This document shows positions 62,901 through 64,000 of a DNA stretch of 64,000 nucleotides, one piece after another; the stretch's first letter is position 1; the number at the start of each line of letters is the position of its first letter. The stretch lies in assembly GCA_036172245.1 (NCBI GenBank), contig JAYWIR010000015.1:1922001-1986000 (forward strand), read 5' to 3'. The notes beneath the pieces were generated by a model. It was given only the letters and a program-made list of their open reading frames with translations. It was not told the DNA's origin and did no database searches. Source of the DNA: Raillietiella orientalis (lineage: Eukaryota). The translations under genes and the position numbers were made by a program.

Positions 62901-63960
62901 GAGACGGAGGACAAGAAGCTGAGGAAGCAACAGGCTGAAGGACGACAAACGCGCCAGATGGAAAGATGAGGAATTCAGGAAGAATGTCAAGAGTCTTCCC
63001 TGTAACGCGATATTGAATTGTGAATCTAAGTAATAAAAACTTGACTATTCGGCATCCATTCGCTCTCCGAAAGTCCTGCACCGGGCTGCGAGTCTCACTG
63101 AGAACCACTGTGGCTGGACCCTAGGGATTTCAGGACCCACCAACAGCCTGATTTCCCCTTGCCCTGTTTGAGGGAGATGGAAAAGAAGATTGCCTCGGGA
63201 AACGTCCAAAGCAGCAGATGCGTTTGCTAGGAGAATCGACTCAGCCACTACCTTCAGACTCACCTGCTCATCAGCAGGAGTTCTAGGAACAGCAGCTGCT
63301 CCTCCAGCGCTCTTCCAGCCAGAGAATTGGACTGAAGATTTCAGAGTTTACCAGAGAGTTGGCAACAGCGAAAGGTCCTCCTTACCAGGCAGACTGCCTT
63401 AGGAAAGGCACAGCGTCTTCCAACATCCACTTCTCTCGAGAAAGTCTCCTGTGCATCTCCTAAGTTACCGGAGACGGGATGTGCAACCATGCAACCAATT
63501 CTGCAGACTCTTGAGCTTCTCAAATAAGGTAACCAGAGGATAGTGATAATGGTGGGAAATCCCTTTCTCATCCACCCTCCAGCGTTCGTCTCTACATTAG
63601 CGTGCATCATGAAAACCAACCGTAGATAAAGCAAGCATGCAGCCACGACCACATCCAGCTCTTCCCACTACATGGTGAGGCGTTATTTGGATCCCCAGGC
63701 GAAGAGCATTCATTATGCCGGTACCTTCTCCCTTCTTGCCTGCCACCTAGTGGCTGCATCCTTTCAACAGTGCTGTAGTGATCGTGAGGACAGCAGCTCT
63801 ACCAACGTTTGCAACTGCCGTGAGGCACGCGATGAGAGACCACCTCCGCCGCCAGACACGTTTGCCAATCGCTGCGTCTTGGTGAATTGACATACATCTG
63901 TGAAAGAGTTTTTCATCCCGTGGAAGATTGCAGCACGCGCTTTCAACATCTCGGCTGCAA
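59980..63960 (-). pseudogene. I-clade-like LINE relic (ORF1, APE, RT) interrupted at about 61990-62870
   Basis: Minus-strand order: VCRIGCMVAHP (ORF1 knuckle), NIALQG (IALQET-like), LRGDFG (GDFN-like), FMLVVRESSS, ILKSCS..YTWNA..SLSVYKAF (ILK.LS...WGA....L..YKA). Confidence 0.6.
61990..62870 (+). pseudogene. Utopia/NeSL-like RLE non-LTR retrotransposon C-terminal relic
   Basis: SLWSKGRRASRR, YLRFQDYRFIHAA.L, CRR...ETVSHMLSRC.RHN, RKPD, WDPGNEEVLQNLGI...M..L...CIRYSGDIY. Confidence 0.8.
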
Positions 63961-64000
63961 AGACGTAGTTTTTTTCTCTTTTATAGAAACCTCAGCACGT

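Noticed and set aside
1..64000. Hundreds of short ORFs in the supplied track as possible genes
   Set aside because: They overlap in all frames, are Arg/Ser/Pro-rich as expected for GC-rich non-coding DNA, and those with recognisable motifs are frameshifted TE relics. I could not support any host exon chain.

Overview
Eukaryotic, probably arthropod-like, intergenic or heterochromatic DNA that reads as a transposon graveyard. I find no intact protein-coding gene, rRNA, functional tRNA or CRISPR array, and the short ORFs supplied are either spurious or frameshifted transposon relics. By motif reading the window holds decayed pieces of many TE groups in both orientations: at least two L1/Tx1-like LINE families, R4/Dong-like and Utopia/NeSL-like RLE retroelements, I/Jockey- and RTE-like LINEs, Gypsy pol, mariner, Tc1, pogo/Tigger, hAT, MULE, a piggyBac-like element with long TIRs, and a tRNA-derived SINE family (6 copies). 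The most notable structures are: (1) conserved, covarying 3'-UTR stem-loops in four copies of one Tx1-like LINE family; (2) a fold-back mariner derivative; (3) a piggyBac-like element inserted just before the YADD motif of an older LINE; (4) near-identical recent duplications of already dead sequence, with partners clustered at 52.7-56.6 kb; (5) a perfect 42-bp palindrome. Family assignments come from degenerate motifs read by eye, relic boundaries are approximate, and nothing was database-checked. I do not see convincing evidence for a complete new functional system.
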